Positions 49,217-62,538 of a stretch of 64,000 bases of DNA are shown in pieces; position 1 is the stretch's first letter; each line of letters starts with the position of its first letter. Both the position numbers and the translations under genes were made by a program. The stretch is from Trichosphaerium sp. ATCC 40318 (Eukaryota > Protista > Tubulinea). The DNA lies in NCBI GenBank assembly GCA_038496445.1, contig JALMLS010000448.1, positions 124,001 to 188,000 of the forward strand, written 5' to 3'. Below the pieces are notes generated by a model. It searched no databases. It was not told where the DNA came from and saw nothing but the letters and a program-made list of their open reading frames with translations.

Positions 49217-52200
49217 TCAATTCATATAACCACGACACAATCGTGCACCACAGTTACAAGGTATCTTATCTTCCTCAATAGGGAACATATAGTCATAGGT
49301 GACCTCTTGTCCTTCTTGAATATCACATTTTGCAAAAATGACAATCTTTTTTTGACCATCGACTGCAACAGTTTGTGTAAACGAGTTAGGCTCACAAGAG
49401 TGATTAATAAACCTTGCTTGGCTACCTAAACACACAAACATAAGTACAATATCATCAATTTCATTAATAAAACACAAAAGAAAGAAGACACAAGAAAGCC
49501 AGCAAAGAACGAGAAAAAGTGAAAAAAATAAAGAACGAGATTGTCGTTTACTAACCTGCTTTTGTTGCATCGATAATTTCCTTGTCATCAACACGGAACA
49601 TGTAGCACCCAAGACCTTCGGCATCATACATTTTTTCTCTCTTATCAGCCATTCTCTGTCGAATTAACTCACCAACATACTCAAGAATCATGTCGCCTTT
49701 TCTGCAAAAAAAAAGACATTAATAAAACTTTCGTGCTCGCTTTCTTACTTTATGAACGCTTTTGTGAACACGCCCCAACCTTGAATACGACTATTCAATA
49801 CTTGTAGAGGTCTATCTCAACGTTAGTATATTCCAAGCTCCCACTCAATGTCACAAACTCACCTGTTGCGATTATTTCTAGCCTTCATATCCTTATACAA
49901 TTGTGCCATTGTAGGTTCTCCTTCAGATACTTGATCTCCGCCTTTGAATTCCAACTGAGAGACAAATGGTTAACTACAAAATACACACAAGTATGCTTTA
50001 AACGTACCTTTGGTCGGCTACGCTTTGATTGAAGTGCATCAGGGAATGGAATAGCCATTGAAGGATGATCGTGATACGAATCAAGGTACCGTAACTTTTC
50101 ATAGCGGTCAACACGTCCAGAGAATCCCTCAGTACGTGCGCATCCACTATCATTCTCCTCAAGATCAAGTTCAATAGCTTCTAAGCCGGTGACTAGACGA
50201 AAATTAACCAAGAATAACAGACAAGATGAAAACACTTTCATGTTTCCACGTACCCAAATATGCTTGGTAAAGGCGTTTATTGATGCGTATTTTCATCTCG
50301 TGCTGGAACATGTATCTACGACATAATCTTGCATCGGATAATTGTTCAATCAGTTTCACAACAGAAGGACATACTAAACCAAAGAAGTATCGGCCTAGAT
50401 TGTAAAGTTTAACAAAAAAAGTAATTCTAAATTTAAAACAATACTCACCATGCACGTGCTGTGTGATCGGTGTTGGCGCCGCCTTTTGTCCTTTTTCAGC
50501 AACAATTGCACTCCTGCTTTTATTAACACGATTAACAACCTTGTCCCATGCATCTACAAACACACGATAAGCTACTAGTACTAAAACCACAAAAAAAAGA
50601 CATACCTTCAGGAGAAGAAGCTCTAATGACAGTGCTAAACAAAACCCATTAATAACCACGCATTTGAGTAAACACCATCGTATATAAACAACGTACGTGT
50701 CATCATCTTCACAAACAACTTGAAATACTGGACCATCTTTACCCTAAACAAGAGACAAGTTAACAAAACGTTTCATGATGTCAATGCATACCTTCTTTAT
50801 GGTTAGCTCATACAAGCACCGTCTAGCCATCCGCGGTCCTTTTGGAACTTTCTTGGGCCTAGGAGGTATGGAAGGCAGTATCTTCAATGGAGGATCTGAA
50901 GGCACATTTGACTCATTAACACCGGAAGGAGTATCAACTTCCATTGGATCGCGCTTAATGTCAATCTCAGGGTTGGCACTCTCATTATTTACAGGCGTCG
51001 AAGGTGCCGACTCAGAGAGCATCCAGCTCCAATACATGCGCTTGGCAGTGTATCCAATAGGAAAGATAGCCTCAGGCTTATGATACCGATTATCCTTGTA
51101 TTCTACTATACCAAGACTGGTAACTGTAAGCACACCCAATCGTAGTCGTGGTAAGGAATCTATTCAAAAAAAGAAAAGAAATAAGCAAACTTGTGATGAA
51201 TTATTTCACTTGAAGCAAAAGTGGTTACCTTTGTTTTGCATCTGCATTGGCACGGGTACGTATAGTTTACGATGACGACGTTCAAAATAGTGCATGTAAG
51301 GCACTGTAGGTTTGTGTGTTGGTATATTTACTGTAACACGTTGACGCTTCTTCAAGGAAAGAGTTTTAGACGTATCAGCAGTATTTCCAGCTGTTTTTGA
51401 AACAACTAGAGATTTAACATCCTTTTTTTCCGTTGAATCATTTTTGCTTCCAGCAGGCCTCTTAATAGCTGATTGGCTTCCTGTAGATTTATTCAATGCT
51501 CCTGGTGCATCATTATCATCATCAGAACTAGAGAACCCACTAGATGCGTCATCACCTTCAGATTTTTCTTCCACCTAAATCCGAAAAGTCAATAAAAAAC
51601 CTCAAAACTATCAACATACAGCTTCCTTGTCTTGGTTTTTACGTGCTTCTTCAAGCGCAGCAATTCTCTTAAGAGGATCTATAAGAATAGCAGCATGAGC
51701 AGGACAGTATGAAAAGTTTTCATCCTACAAAACATTAGTGTCAACAAACAGCAAAAGGCAACAGATGTTCAAAAACCAAAAAAAAACCACGTGAGGTTTG
51801 ACGTACATTTGCCATGTAAAAGAAATTGCCATTTTTTATCGCGCATAGCAAGTGAAAGTGGCGAGAGCATCCTGGATATCTACAACTGACAGTAGCACCA
51901 CTTCTATTACAAACACGACACATGAGTGAATCTGCTCGATTAAGAACAATGTCAACATTCAATAAATCGCCATCACTGCCTTCAAAAATATCTTTTGACC
52001 ACAAAGCGCAGTTGACATGAACCCAAGTATCCACCCTTGCTGGCAACAACCGCCCAACAAACTTATTATCACCGTATCCACCACAAAGAGCACAACACCG
52101 CGAATCCTACATAAGGTATCAGTAACCCACCTCAAGCTCTAAAAACAAGTTACCTTAGAGAAATATGGGCTATCATCAATAGTAGCAACAACAAGTTTCT

Positions 52201-55200
52201 TTGGGTTCTTAGGCATACGCCTCTGTTTTGGTGTTTCCCTCTCTCTCAGTTTTGCCGATACTTTAAAGCTTGTATGAAATACTGTAAGGTCAGCTGGAGC
52301 AAAAGCAAGTTCAGAAAGGTAGTTCAATTTTTCTGATAACTCTTCATCATACATCTACAAGGAAAAAAATTGCATAAGTCGTTAAGATTGCCTAAATACC
52401 AAGTGATTTCGTACTTCAATATCCATTTGTCTTGAATTGTTAGCACGCTGTTTTGTACGTAAACGGTACTTTGGCCGCTTTTCTCTTGTTTCATGTAAGG
52501 AAGCATTTGCAGGGCCGGAGTGACGAGTGTGATACACTACCAAATACCGGTTAGTTGTGCTTTAGAAGATGTTCAATTAGGTATTTACCTCTTTGTCTTT
52601 CTACAGTTTCTTCCTGCTCCGCAAGTTCCTCTTCTTTTTCTAACTCCTTCTTTGTAGATTGCCAATAGGCTCCATTAAGTTCTCCAAAAGCAGGCGCTCG
52701 TGTTGACCTTCTTTTACGCCGTTTTTTGATAGGGTCTGAGAAATGTTTAGTGAAAAAGAAAAAAAAAATAGACAACAACCTGTACCTCTTGGATTGTAAT
52801 AATCAAAATCTGGATCCGATCGCGCTTTACGCTTTCGGCCTGTTGATGGATCTGCCATTTCAAATGTTTGCCAAGGGGCATTAGGTCGCGCTATGAAAGA
52901 AGGTTACAACAAAAACAAAAAAACTGAATGTAAAAAACTTACACTTCCTAGGAACACTTGTTGTTTTCCTACGGACTACTACAGGATTCTTGCGCTGTTG
53001 TGACCGCGGTTTTTCAATCATACTAAATACAGGTGTACCATTAGAGGAGGTAGAACAACGCTTCAAAAGCGTAGGCTCCCATCGTAAGTTATCAAAGGCA
53101 TTTTGTGGTATGAGAACAGTACGGGAACATTTATCTAAAGATGGTTACACTAAAACATGGACACAACAACGTACGGGACTGGGGAAGCGGTTCACCAAGA
53201 AGTGGGAGCATAGGCAAATCTGCTACAGGGCTATCCATGGAAAACTCATTTGCGCCAGCATTGTAATAAGATGGACCGTTGCTCGAAGAATGGTCGCTAT
53301 CATAGAAAGCTGCAACTTGAACAGGTTGTCCAACAGACATTGGTGCTTGCCATGTTGCTATAGATTGTTAAAACTATAAATAAAAGAACCCAAAATACCT
53401 GGTAAATCAGGAATAGGCGTGGCATGTGGCTCTTCTGTGAGTGTCTACAGGTTAAACTTAGATGAAACAACTGTACTAAAGACTTTGTACCTGTGCTACA
53501 GGTACCATAGCATACTCCGTATCAAGAGAGTTCCAATACTCCCCATTGGCATGATCATTACCAAAAGCATTATCCAAAGGCTGATACAAACGTAAATAAC
53601 AGTGTAATCACAATAAATAAAGAATCAAAATATTGGACGTACATGTGCAGGAACATTATTTTGGTTAAACCCTTCTTGGTATCCATTAAAACTTGCATCT
53701 GTGTTCCAAGATTGTTGTGGTATTTCAGCAGGAGGTAATTTTATTGGTGCGCATGGATTCTGAAGATCAGGAAGAGTAGAAAAATCAGGGAAAGCATTGG
53801 CGGGAGCGGGAATAGGCGTCGGTTGAGGATTTGGAAGCGATGGTGTAGTTGGAGCAGTTTGGTGTTGGGACTGATCTATACTTGTATGAGTAATGGTATA
53901 CATTAAGAATACAGCGAACTGTTAAACAAACGTACCAACTGCATATGAATACATGCCATCCATCGAAGACTTGGAAGAATATTGAGTCAGCAGCTTATTT
54001 GTCCCGTTGATTGGTGTTTTGTTGTTGCTGAAAGAACGTGGCCTGTTATTAGTCACATTACTCACAGCACCCATTGGTTTAACTGACTTTGCAACGGGTA
54101 AAGACAATTGCTTTACGTCCATCTAAAGTGACTGTAAATAACATAGTTGTAATGTAAGTAAGTAAAAAATAGTCACCTGAGGCCATTGTGATGTTGAGCC
54201 AGGGTTACTAAAATTTGGCAATGAAGGCAAGTGTGAATTATGGTTTCCATGAAGACTATTTCCACCATACAAATCGAGTACTGTTTGTTTTTTTGGTGAA
54301 TGTGTACGACTAGAATTGAGGGGCATTGAATAGTTGTAAGGTCCATTGTGATTCTTAGTTCGAAGCCCACCGTGTTCACGATCCCTCTTAGATAATGGCG
54401 TGAGCGATAAGCAAACATATAAACATCAAAAAGGAGCATACTTGTTTTTGCTGCCGGCGTTCTTGCTTGCGTTTTCGACGCTCCATAGCTAACACTTCAA
54501 GTGATTCATCAGCGTTCACGTTCTTCATTCTAGGACCTGAACGCTTTGGAGCAGACCGTCTGTATGAGCTCGATGGCTGATACGTTGTACTCTTCCTCGT
54601 AGGTTTCTTTTTCCGTACAAAACGTGGTGCAATATAAAACCCAGAAGCCGTTTTCACAAACCTGCAAGAAACGAAACATTAAATTTTTATATTTAACTGA
54701 TAAACAACTGCATTTTTTATGTACCTAGACTTTGAACCCAGTGTATTCACATCCCCACCAACACTAGCAGACATTGTTCGCTCAGGATTAGAACCTATCA
54801 CGAGTTATTTTAATAAACCAAAACAACAACAAAAGAAAGGTACCCTGACTACTAATAAGACCAATTTCCAAAGCAATATCAGTTATAGCTTTACCAGACA
54901 TTGATTTAGCAGCTTGCTGTAGTACAAGGAAAGCAGCGTCTTTAAAAGAGTATGATTTAGTAGGCTTTCTTGCCAACTTTACACGCTTTATTAGCTCTTG
55001 TTTACTTTTAACAGGAGCTATAAGACCTGACACAAACGTGAGTACTAATGGCAACCACTTTGTAAAGAAATTTAAGCTTTTCCATACCAGGTAAAGCTTT
55101 CTTCTTTGAAGCTGTTCGAACTTGTCTTTTTCGCTTTGTCCTTGGAGAAGAAGTTGAAGATTGCCTTCGACGACGTGTTCTTGGTACAAAAGCCATAGCT

Positions 55201-57155
55201 GAGATATCTCTATTCCCTCGTTTTGCTAGAAAGTGTCAAACATTGAAATACCAAAAAAAACCAGCCACGCACATTTAGACAAGCGCCTAGCCATTGCGGA
55301 CTGAGGTAACCCATAAGCTTCTTGATGCTTTGCTATTAAGCTTTTCCTGATCAAGTCTAGCTTTGTACCATATTCATCACCACAAGCCTCGCACAAAGTG
55401 CAACTGTAACGCCAACTAATCTCTGTGTTAATCTCGAGATTTAACTGTGAAAGAAATGGTACCTAGCGTCTGGACCAGTCCCTGGTCTACTTGCACCACA
55501 CCGTAGACATTTAACACAATCTGTACATATCCAACCATCATCATCAAGTTCAGAAGGTTTGGGTTCGTCTAATAAACAAAAGCTGTGGAAACACCGATCA
55601 CACTAAATAAAAAAATATGTTAACAGACTCATCACTCTTTGTGCGCCTCATACCTTGTCGCATACAATGAGTTTATCCTCATGAGTAGTGGCGCCACAAA
55701 CTTCACAACTCTTACAGTGATTACAACGCCATTCCTCCCGGGAAATCAACGTGGAAGTATCAACATGAGGAGTCAAACAGAATGTATGATAAACCTCTCC
55801 GCAATCATGACAGTGCAATAAAATATTGCTAGGTCCGCCCGAACCACATACAACACAAACATCAAGAGTGCAAGTTGGTTCTACTTTTTCATATAGAACA
55901 TCACGTTGAGGTACAACAACAGGTATTTCGTAACCAGGTAAATTAATTTTGAACTCTACAAAAAAAAAAACAATTAAAATCTACAAATAAGCTTATTACG
56001 CATTCTCCACGTACGTGGCTTAGACCCTTGCTTTATAGTAGCGTCTTTCGTTGTACCAACTTTGTTTTTAGACGCTATTTGCATACAGTTAGGTATTATA
56101 AATGAAGAAGCAACGTACCGGCAGATGAATCTTTTGAACCCTTGGTTTCAACATCTTCCATTTTGACGTCTACAAAAAAATTACAAATAGTCCAAATAAC
56201 ACAAAAACCAATTTATATGCCACTCAGGGCTACTAATAATAAAAGAAAAATATGAATCAAATTATTAAAAATCATAGTGAATCAAAAAATGAACATCTTT
56301 TTTTTTTGGTTTCGATATGAATTCCTGTGTCTCAGAATACGAGCATCATGATAAACTTACCCACTGTTCCTGCTTCCTTATTATTATTTGGTGTGCCTTT
56401 AGTATTTTTCGCGGTCCTTTGAGGAATAATAAGCCATTAAAAGGTAAACAATTGCAAATTAAAAAATTCTCGAAAAAAGAAAAAAGTGCAGAAATTAACG
56501 GCGGGAAATGCGTATACTCACGCGTTAACATCTCCAGTGGCATTAACACTCGATTTGATGGAGGAATCTACTTCCATTGGCGTAGGACCATTTTCGTCCT
56601 TATCGACATTTTTTTCTGTTTCGTTGCGTTTCGCCGTGTCTGTAGGGTCTGTCGACGCTAAAGCGTAATGAGAATAGAGCACGAACATTGAGTATTGTTT
56701 TAAAAAAACGTGGGGTGCGTATTGACGCTGTCACGCAATCATAGTGCCAATTATGCTGTAAATCGCGGAGTGGCAAAAAACATACAAAAGTAGATGTTTT
56801 GAATCGCACCTAAAACGTTAGAGCCATGCTCTGTTGAGTTACTACTCCCTTTGGAACATTCTTCGTCAAGGTTTAAGTCTTGTGAAGAGATCTTCCTACT
56901 AGGAGAACTATCGACTCCTTGTGACGAACAGCCTGTGGTATTGATATCCATTGCGTCGTTCGTGTCGTTGGTGACTGTATTTGTACGCTGTGATGAATTT
57001 ACGGAACTGTGAACTGCAAGATTATTCTTTACGTCTGAATCGGAATTCAATAGTTTAGAAGGAGGTTTTGGCTCCGTTTGAGGTGTTTCAATTTGCGTTG
57101 TCCCGCCTTCAGATTTTTGACCAAGAACGTTGTGGTGCGAGTTATTATGAGACAT
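49217..57155 (-). CDS. Trithorax/KMT2 (MLL/Trr)-like H3K4 methyltransferase: tandem PHDs, HARE-HTH, ePHD, FYRN/FYRC, WIN, SET, post-SET
   Basis: Tandem PHD Cys/His pattern at 55400-55870, [10 protein letters not shown] e[30 protein letters not shown] (WIN), [30 protein letters not shown]. Confidence 0.92.
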
Positions 57156-57535
57156 AACGGCTCAACAACTGCGTATATTTTTTTGGTATTGTTTTGGTTT
57201 TCCTTTTTTTCACGTTAGTATAAACCAACGCGTTGATGTGGCGCGTTAACGTGCTCAAATAATGTTTGTAGAGATAACTGGGATTACAAAACAAACAAAA
57301 CGTATGAGAGTTATTTTATTTTAGCGCCATATGGTCCAGGCCGCACATCACGCGTTTTAGGTAATGACGTACGTTTGAATATTAATTTCGGCCAAGGCGC
57401 TACCAAAGCATTTGATACACAAATTCTACCACGTACAGCAGAGCGGCGCCCGGTAAAAAGATTCGTCAAAAATGGTAGTCAAAACAATTTGTCGCCTAAG
57501 CATTTCAAATTCGCACAAGACATAGAGGAGCAACA

Positions 57536-58973
57536 ATGGCATTCCAAGATCAAAACAGGCTCGGCCTGTTTCGCGCAGAGAAACAGAAGCAAATGCGCAA
57601 AACCAAGTGGTATTGTCAAATTTGTGAAAAGTACGCATGCCATCGTTATAACAACGTAATTAACGAATTATTTAGACAGACATGGAGCGACCGCGGTTAC
57701 ATGCGGCATTGTGCCTCACCTTCTCACCAGAGGCGTATGAAAACATACTTGAAGCACCAGGTTAAGTTTGAAGCGATGTACAGTAGAAAGTACGGTATTA
57801 ACACGCTTGTAGATCACGTTAACACGTTAACACCTGAATAGGTTCAAAAGGCATTTCTTGGAGCTTTTAAAAACACGGTTTGCGAATCAAAAGGTAGAAG
57901 CGAATCTTGTTTACCAGGAGTTCATCCAGGATCGCAACCACATACATTTAAACGCAACCAAATGGAAAACACTCGCGAAATTTGTACAGTGGCTAGGTAA
58001 TAAAAAAAAATCAAATATCTTTAGTACTTCAACTAAACGCAGCTAAAACTTCCAAGGCGAATCTGGTAAATGTAAAGTTGAAGAATCAGAATTACGTGGT
58101 TGGATGATAGAGTATATCTCAGTGGAAGGCACAGTAGATAGGTTCAAACGCGTGTCAGAGAAGCGTAAACTGCAAGCAAAAGAAAAAGCACAATTAAGTG
58201 AAGAACAGAGACAGCAAAAGGCATTGCGGAAGCAAATGCGCGCAGCGAAAAGAGTAAACAAGGCTTTGGGCAGAGATAAAGAAGATGATGATGTTAAGCC
58301 TTTGATTCCACGTGCACAAGCTTTAGAGCCTGGGAAGAAGGATGGTGTGGAAGAAAAGGTGGCATTTAGTTTTACTCCTATTGTCAGAAAGAAAGTACCT
58401 ACTGTATTCTTTGGTGACGAAAAAGATAAAGATGAGAAGAAGGAGAAGAAGGAAAAGAAGAGAAAGAGAGAAGATGACAGTTATGATGATTCTAGGTCTC
58501 CAAAGAAGGTTAAAAAGAAAGCTGTTGATGATCGTAAAGAGAGGGTACGAGACGAAAGACGCGATTATTGGCTCGTACCTGGGATTGTTGTGAAGATAAT
58601 AAGCAAAAAAATTATGTGTGGAAAGTGTTATAAAGCTAAGGGTACAGTCATTGATCTTATAGATAAATATACTGGCCTTGTAAAAGTCCAAGTTGGCAAC
58701 GATATAATGAAGGTATGTAGTACTGAACCAGTAAGGCATTTCAGAATTTAATGTCTTTTTTAGATTAAAGTTGATCAAAATGCATTGGAAACAGTTATTC
58801 CCACTGTTGGTAGGCGCGTTAAGATTGTAAATGGTAAATATCGAGGCGAAACAGCAGAAGTGTTAAAAGCGAATTTTGACGATTTTAACTGTACAGTACA
58901 AATTTTGACAGGTGTCGCAAAAAGCGTTGAACTTGATAAACAATACGAGGACATATGTAAGATAGCCGGGTAG
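57536..58973 (+). CDS. KIN: KIN17 DNA/RNA-binding protein
   Basis: KWYCQICEKQ...HCASPSHQR zinc finger, VYQEFIQDRNHIHLNATKWKTL, WLVPGIVVKI, LETVIP KOW/SH3-like tail. Confidence 0.93.
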
Positions 58974-59107
58974 AGTAATTTGCCACGCAAAACCAAATGT
59001 AGAATAAAACTAGCCAAAAAATCTGTAATTTTTTTTGGCGTATTTAGTCAAAGTCGCTTCTTTTCATCATTATCTTCTCCCACCGCAAACACAACACCTC
59101 CTCCCAC

Positions 59108-60556
59108 ATGAGTACTTACCTACCAACTTCCCTTGTAGCCCAAACACCTGTATGCTGCCTAAAAGTGACAGAACAGACCTGCCTAAAGAAAGAGAATTAC
59201 TCTCATTCTTGCGGCGCCGGCGTATACAGTGACAGACTACCGTGGAGCCCAGAGACCTTTGTCGTGGTACCTTTGCGTTTCAGAAAACGATTTCACACTA
59301 TTTTATACTATATTGTGTGGAACAACGCTTAGGCACTCCTTACTTAGGTCAAAAACACACCGTTTACGATAGTGATCGACCAAACGGGTGATAAAACGTT
59401 TGACTTTCGCACTGCGCGATTTCAAGCCGACTTATACTACGATGTTCAACTGAGCACCAGTAATGATAACTCGCTCCAAAAGGTTGGCGTTTGTTTTGGT
59501 TTTAACGTTTTAAGTTTGGTTTTAAGTTTTGGTTTTAATTCCTTTGTTTACTTGTTCCTTTGTCATTTATATTTGTCCCTACGCTACGAAATGACATATT
59601 TAACGCTCTCAGGTTAATTTTGTGAAGCGACAACCCATTTCTTACAACGCTCTTGTTACTGGTAACTCGGTAACGCTGTCGGAGCTAAAGATAAAGGTAT
59701 CTGCGTAATGTTCGGAAATAGCAGTCGCTTTTTTTTTTCTCAAAGGAAACAGTTGTACTAACCCACCCAGGTGCTGACTTCTCAGCACGAAGGATCCTTG
59801 TTCCGAATTCGTGTTCGTGCTCTTGATCCTTCAGGAAATGACAAACTTATTGATCCGAGCTTGGATGTTTACTCTGCACCTATCAAAGTTATTTCCAAGC
59901 CAGACTTGAAAGGGACCCAGCGTGGTGGTAAGAGAAAAAGACAAACGGCAAACAGCAAACTAGTAGAAATGATGGAGAAGGTGCTTGCAGGTCAACAAAA
60001 ACAGCAAGAAATGCTTGAAGACTTTAAGAAAAACAATAAGTTAGAGGATGTTGTTTTTAGCATCGCAGCGCCCCTCGCCGACGGTTTTCCACCTCTTATG
60101 CCAGCTCAGGCTTACTGTGATATCAAACAGGAAGAAATAGTGCGCTTTGGACTTGAGCGAATCTAACGTTTTATAGATGTCCTCAAATGATTTTACAGCA
60201 CCTTGTATCGAACCTGCGAGCGATCTAGATTACGGGGTGGATCTAGAAGAATCATTCAGGCGTTTCTTACGCGATTTCGCGCTTACCGCACCAACCACGA
60301 GAGCGCGTAAGTTGCGAAAGGTTATTCACGATAACGAAGGTATTTTTGCGTTTCGTTTTTTTACGTTTTGGCAGAAAATACGTATTCTAACCGTATGACA
60401 ACAAAAGGGACGAGCAAAGGTGTTGTTGATACTGCACTACTCGAAATGAACTCTGAAATACGACATTTACGCGGCGATGGTTTTGCTTGTGATTGCGTAG
60501 TGTGTCCTCATAGAGTCGAGCTTGATGGTATTCTTGGAGAGTATTTGGACCATTGA
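59108..60556 (+). CDS. CudA-like transcription factor
   Basis: VVKNTPF, LKIKVLTSQHEGSLFRIRV, SAPIKVISKP and C-terminal CDCVVCPHRVEL recall the amoebozoan CudA family. Confidence 0.75.
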
Positions 60557-60959
60557 GGAATCAAGAGCGGGAAAGCTAAAATACGAGCTTTTAACTCAAT
60601 TGTAATTTTGTGTAAAATAATAAATACGTGTCAAATAGATCTAAAAATGAGTCACAACCAAATTATCTTTTTTGGTTATTGGTGGTAGCACGTAACATGT
60701 TACGTCTTTTTTTGATTTTTGTTTTTCGTTATTAACGATTTTTTGCATTTGGGAACAAAAAGTGAAAACCTTTTCAGAGTCAAAACCGAAAAAGGTATTT
60801 ATTGGTTCTATTCTACCCTAATCTAGTATTAATTAATGACTTTCAAATGTATATTACATGAGATAGAATCAGGTGCGTAGTCGTGTAGTTTTTGACACGC
60901 AGAATAATTGCAAATTTAGACACTTTTTGACAAGCCGATAGTATTTCGCAACATTCAAT

Positions 60960-62191
60960 ATGGCCGAACCATCACCTGATAATGTATGCGAACTCCTCCA
61001 TGTATACGAAACCGATACTCGTAATGATAGTAAACCGTTGTGCTTGGCGTACCAAGCACCAACTACTTGCAAGGCATACAAACCTCCCGTTTATACTAGA
61101 CACAAGCTTAATGTTGTGGTGTCTATTACTGGTGAAATATACGAAATTACCGGGCTTCTTGGCGTTGGGTACGAACGTTAATTCAAATAGCGGTTACTAA
61201 CAGTATGTAAAGAACCTGGAGTGAGGTGTATGCCGCTAAGAAGTATGGCACAAAGCGTATGATTGCCCTAAAATGTGCTACATTCAACGACTACAATTTT
61301 GAACATGCGGTATACAGTGCGGTACACGAAACACGCTTACACGAGTTTTTTCACGCTTTTGTAATGTTAGTGATAAATCCTAACGGTATATTAGAAGCGC
61401 GAAGCGCGGTTTCACCTGCTGCTGAGCAAGCATAAGAACGTTCTACCCCTTCATAAGTTCTTCAAAGGAACACCTTTTATTGCATTTCCAATGGCAGCTG
61501 GGAGCTTGTTCGATATCGCGAAGAGTGTTGGGGGTATGGATGACGAAGATATCGTATATCCGATTCGACAAGTACTCAAGGCTTTACATTGCATACACCA
61601 GGTTGGTGTAGTTCATCGTGATGTCAAGGGTGGGAACTGTCTGGTAAAGAGTGATGGTACAATTCTTCTTGCAGATTTTGGACTTTCCTTCTTCCACACG
61701 AATCAGATACTCTACAGTTTCGTGGAACATGCGGATATGTTGATTCAACAGTACCTGTAAACGGTTGGTCAATGACAACTGATATTGTAGCCGTTGGAAG
61801 GCGCGTAAAACGGATGGTTTTTTGGGTGTATTTAACAAGATATTTTTAGCCTTGTTATGGAGTTAAAACTTGGAGGAGAGCTTATTTTTCCAGATGTATG
61901 GGATATTGTTGATCAAGAGAGCTATTGGAGACTAAACGAAGACATTCAATCGCTTTCGTTTCGATGCGTTTGTGAGGGATGGACGTCAAGGACAGCGTCC
62001 AATTTCATTTTTGCTTGTCAAGAGCCTGACAGGGATGCTAGAAGTTTATTAGATGAGCTATATCTTCAAGTACGATTTATCTATTATTAGTATTCGGGAA
62101 CGACTTTTTTGTTCTTATTGTTTTCACGTTTTAGGGAAAGTACAGGAAGAAACATTTTAAAAGAATAGTGAAGAATACTCTGCGCTATTAG
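60960..62191 (+). CDS. Divergent Ser/Thr kinase with an apparent 1-nt frameshift (possible pseudogene or assembly error)
   Basis: LGVGTWSEVY, IALK, HRDVKGGN and LADFG. The downstream FRGTCGY...TDIVAVG lies in a different frame. Confidence 0.7.
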
Positions 62192-62538
62192 GCGCATTAA
62201 ATCAAGTTGCTTTCTTGAAATTCGAGTTTTATTAAGAAGAATCTGATGTTGACGGCGGTGGTCACGAACGTGAAATATCTATCAATCCGTCTCCTCTTGT
62301 ATTTCTTTAGCGAATGGCTCTATGTACATTGTCAATAATAAACCATTTCCAAAAATGACATCTCAGTCTCATGCACACAGACTTACTGTTGACGACTGGA
62401 TTAATGGTTTATAGCGTTGATAGGCTATTCGCAGTATGCGTTCGTGGGAGAAATTCTGACTAGCCCTGCGGGCGCAATGAGGCAACTTGGTCTGCAATAG
62501 TCAATATTTGGTTAGTCATTTGACGCCTCTTCGTTCGT

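Noticed and set aside
58323-58778. Many antisense and overlapping ORFs in the track (e.g. 58323-58778, 36022-36489, 25456-25887)
   Set aside because: They are shadows of real genes on the opposite strand with low-complexity composition.
59490-59540. Degenerate gttttaag/gtttgg repeats as telomere-like sequence
   Set aside because: Short, irregular and inside a T-rich intron.
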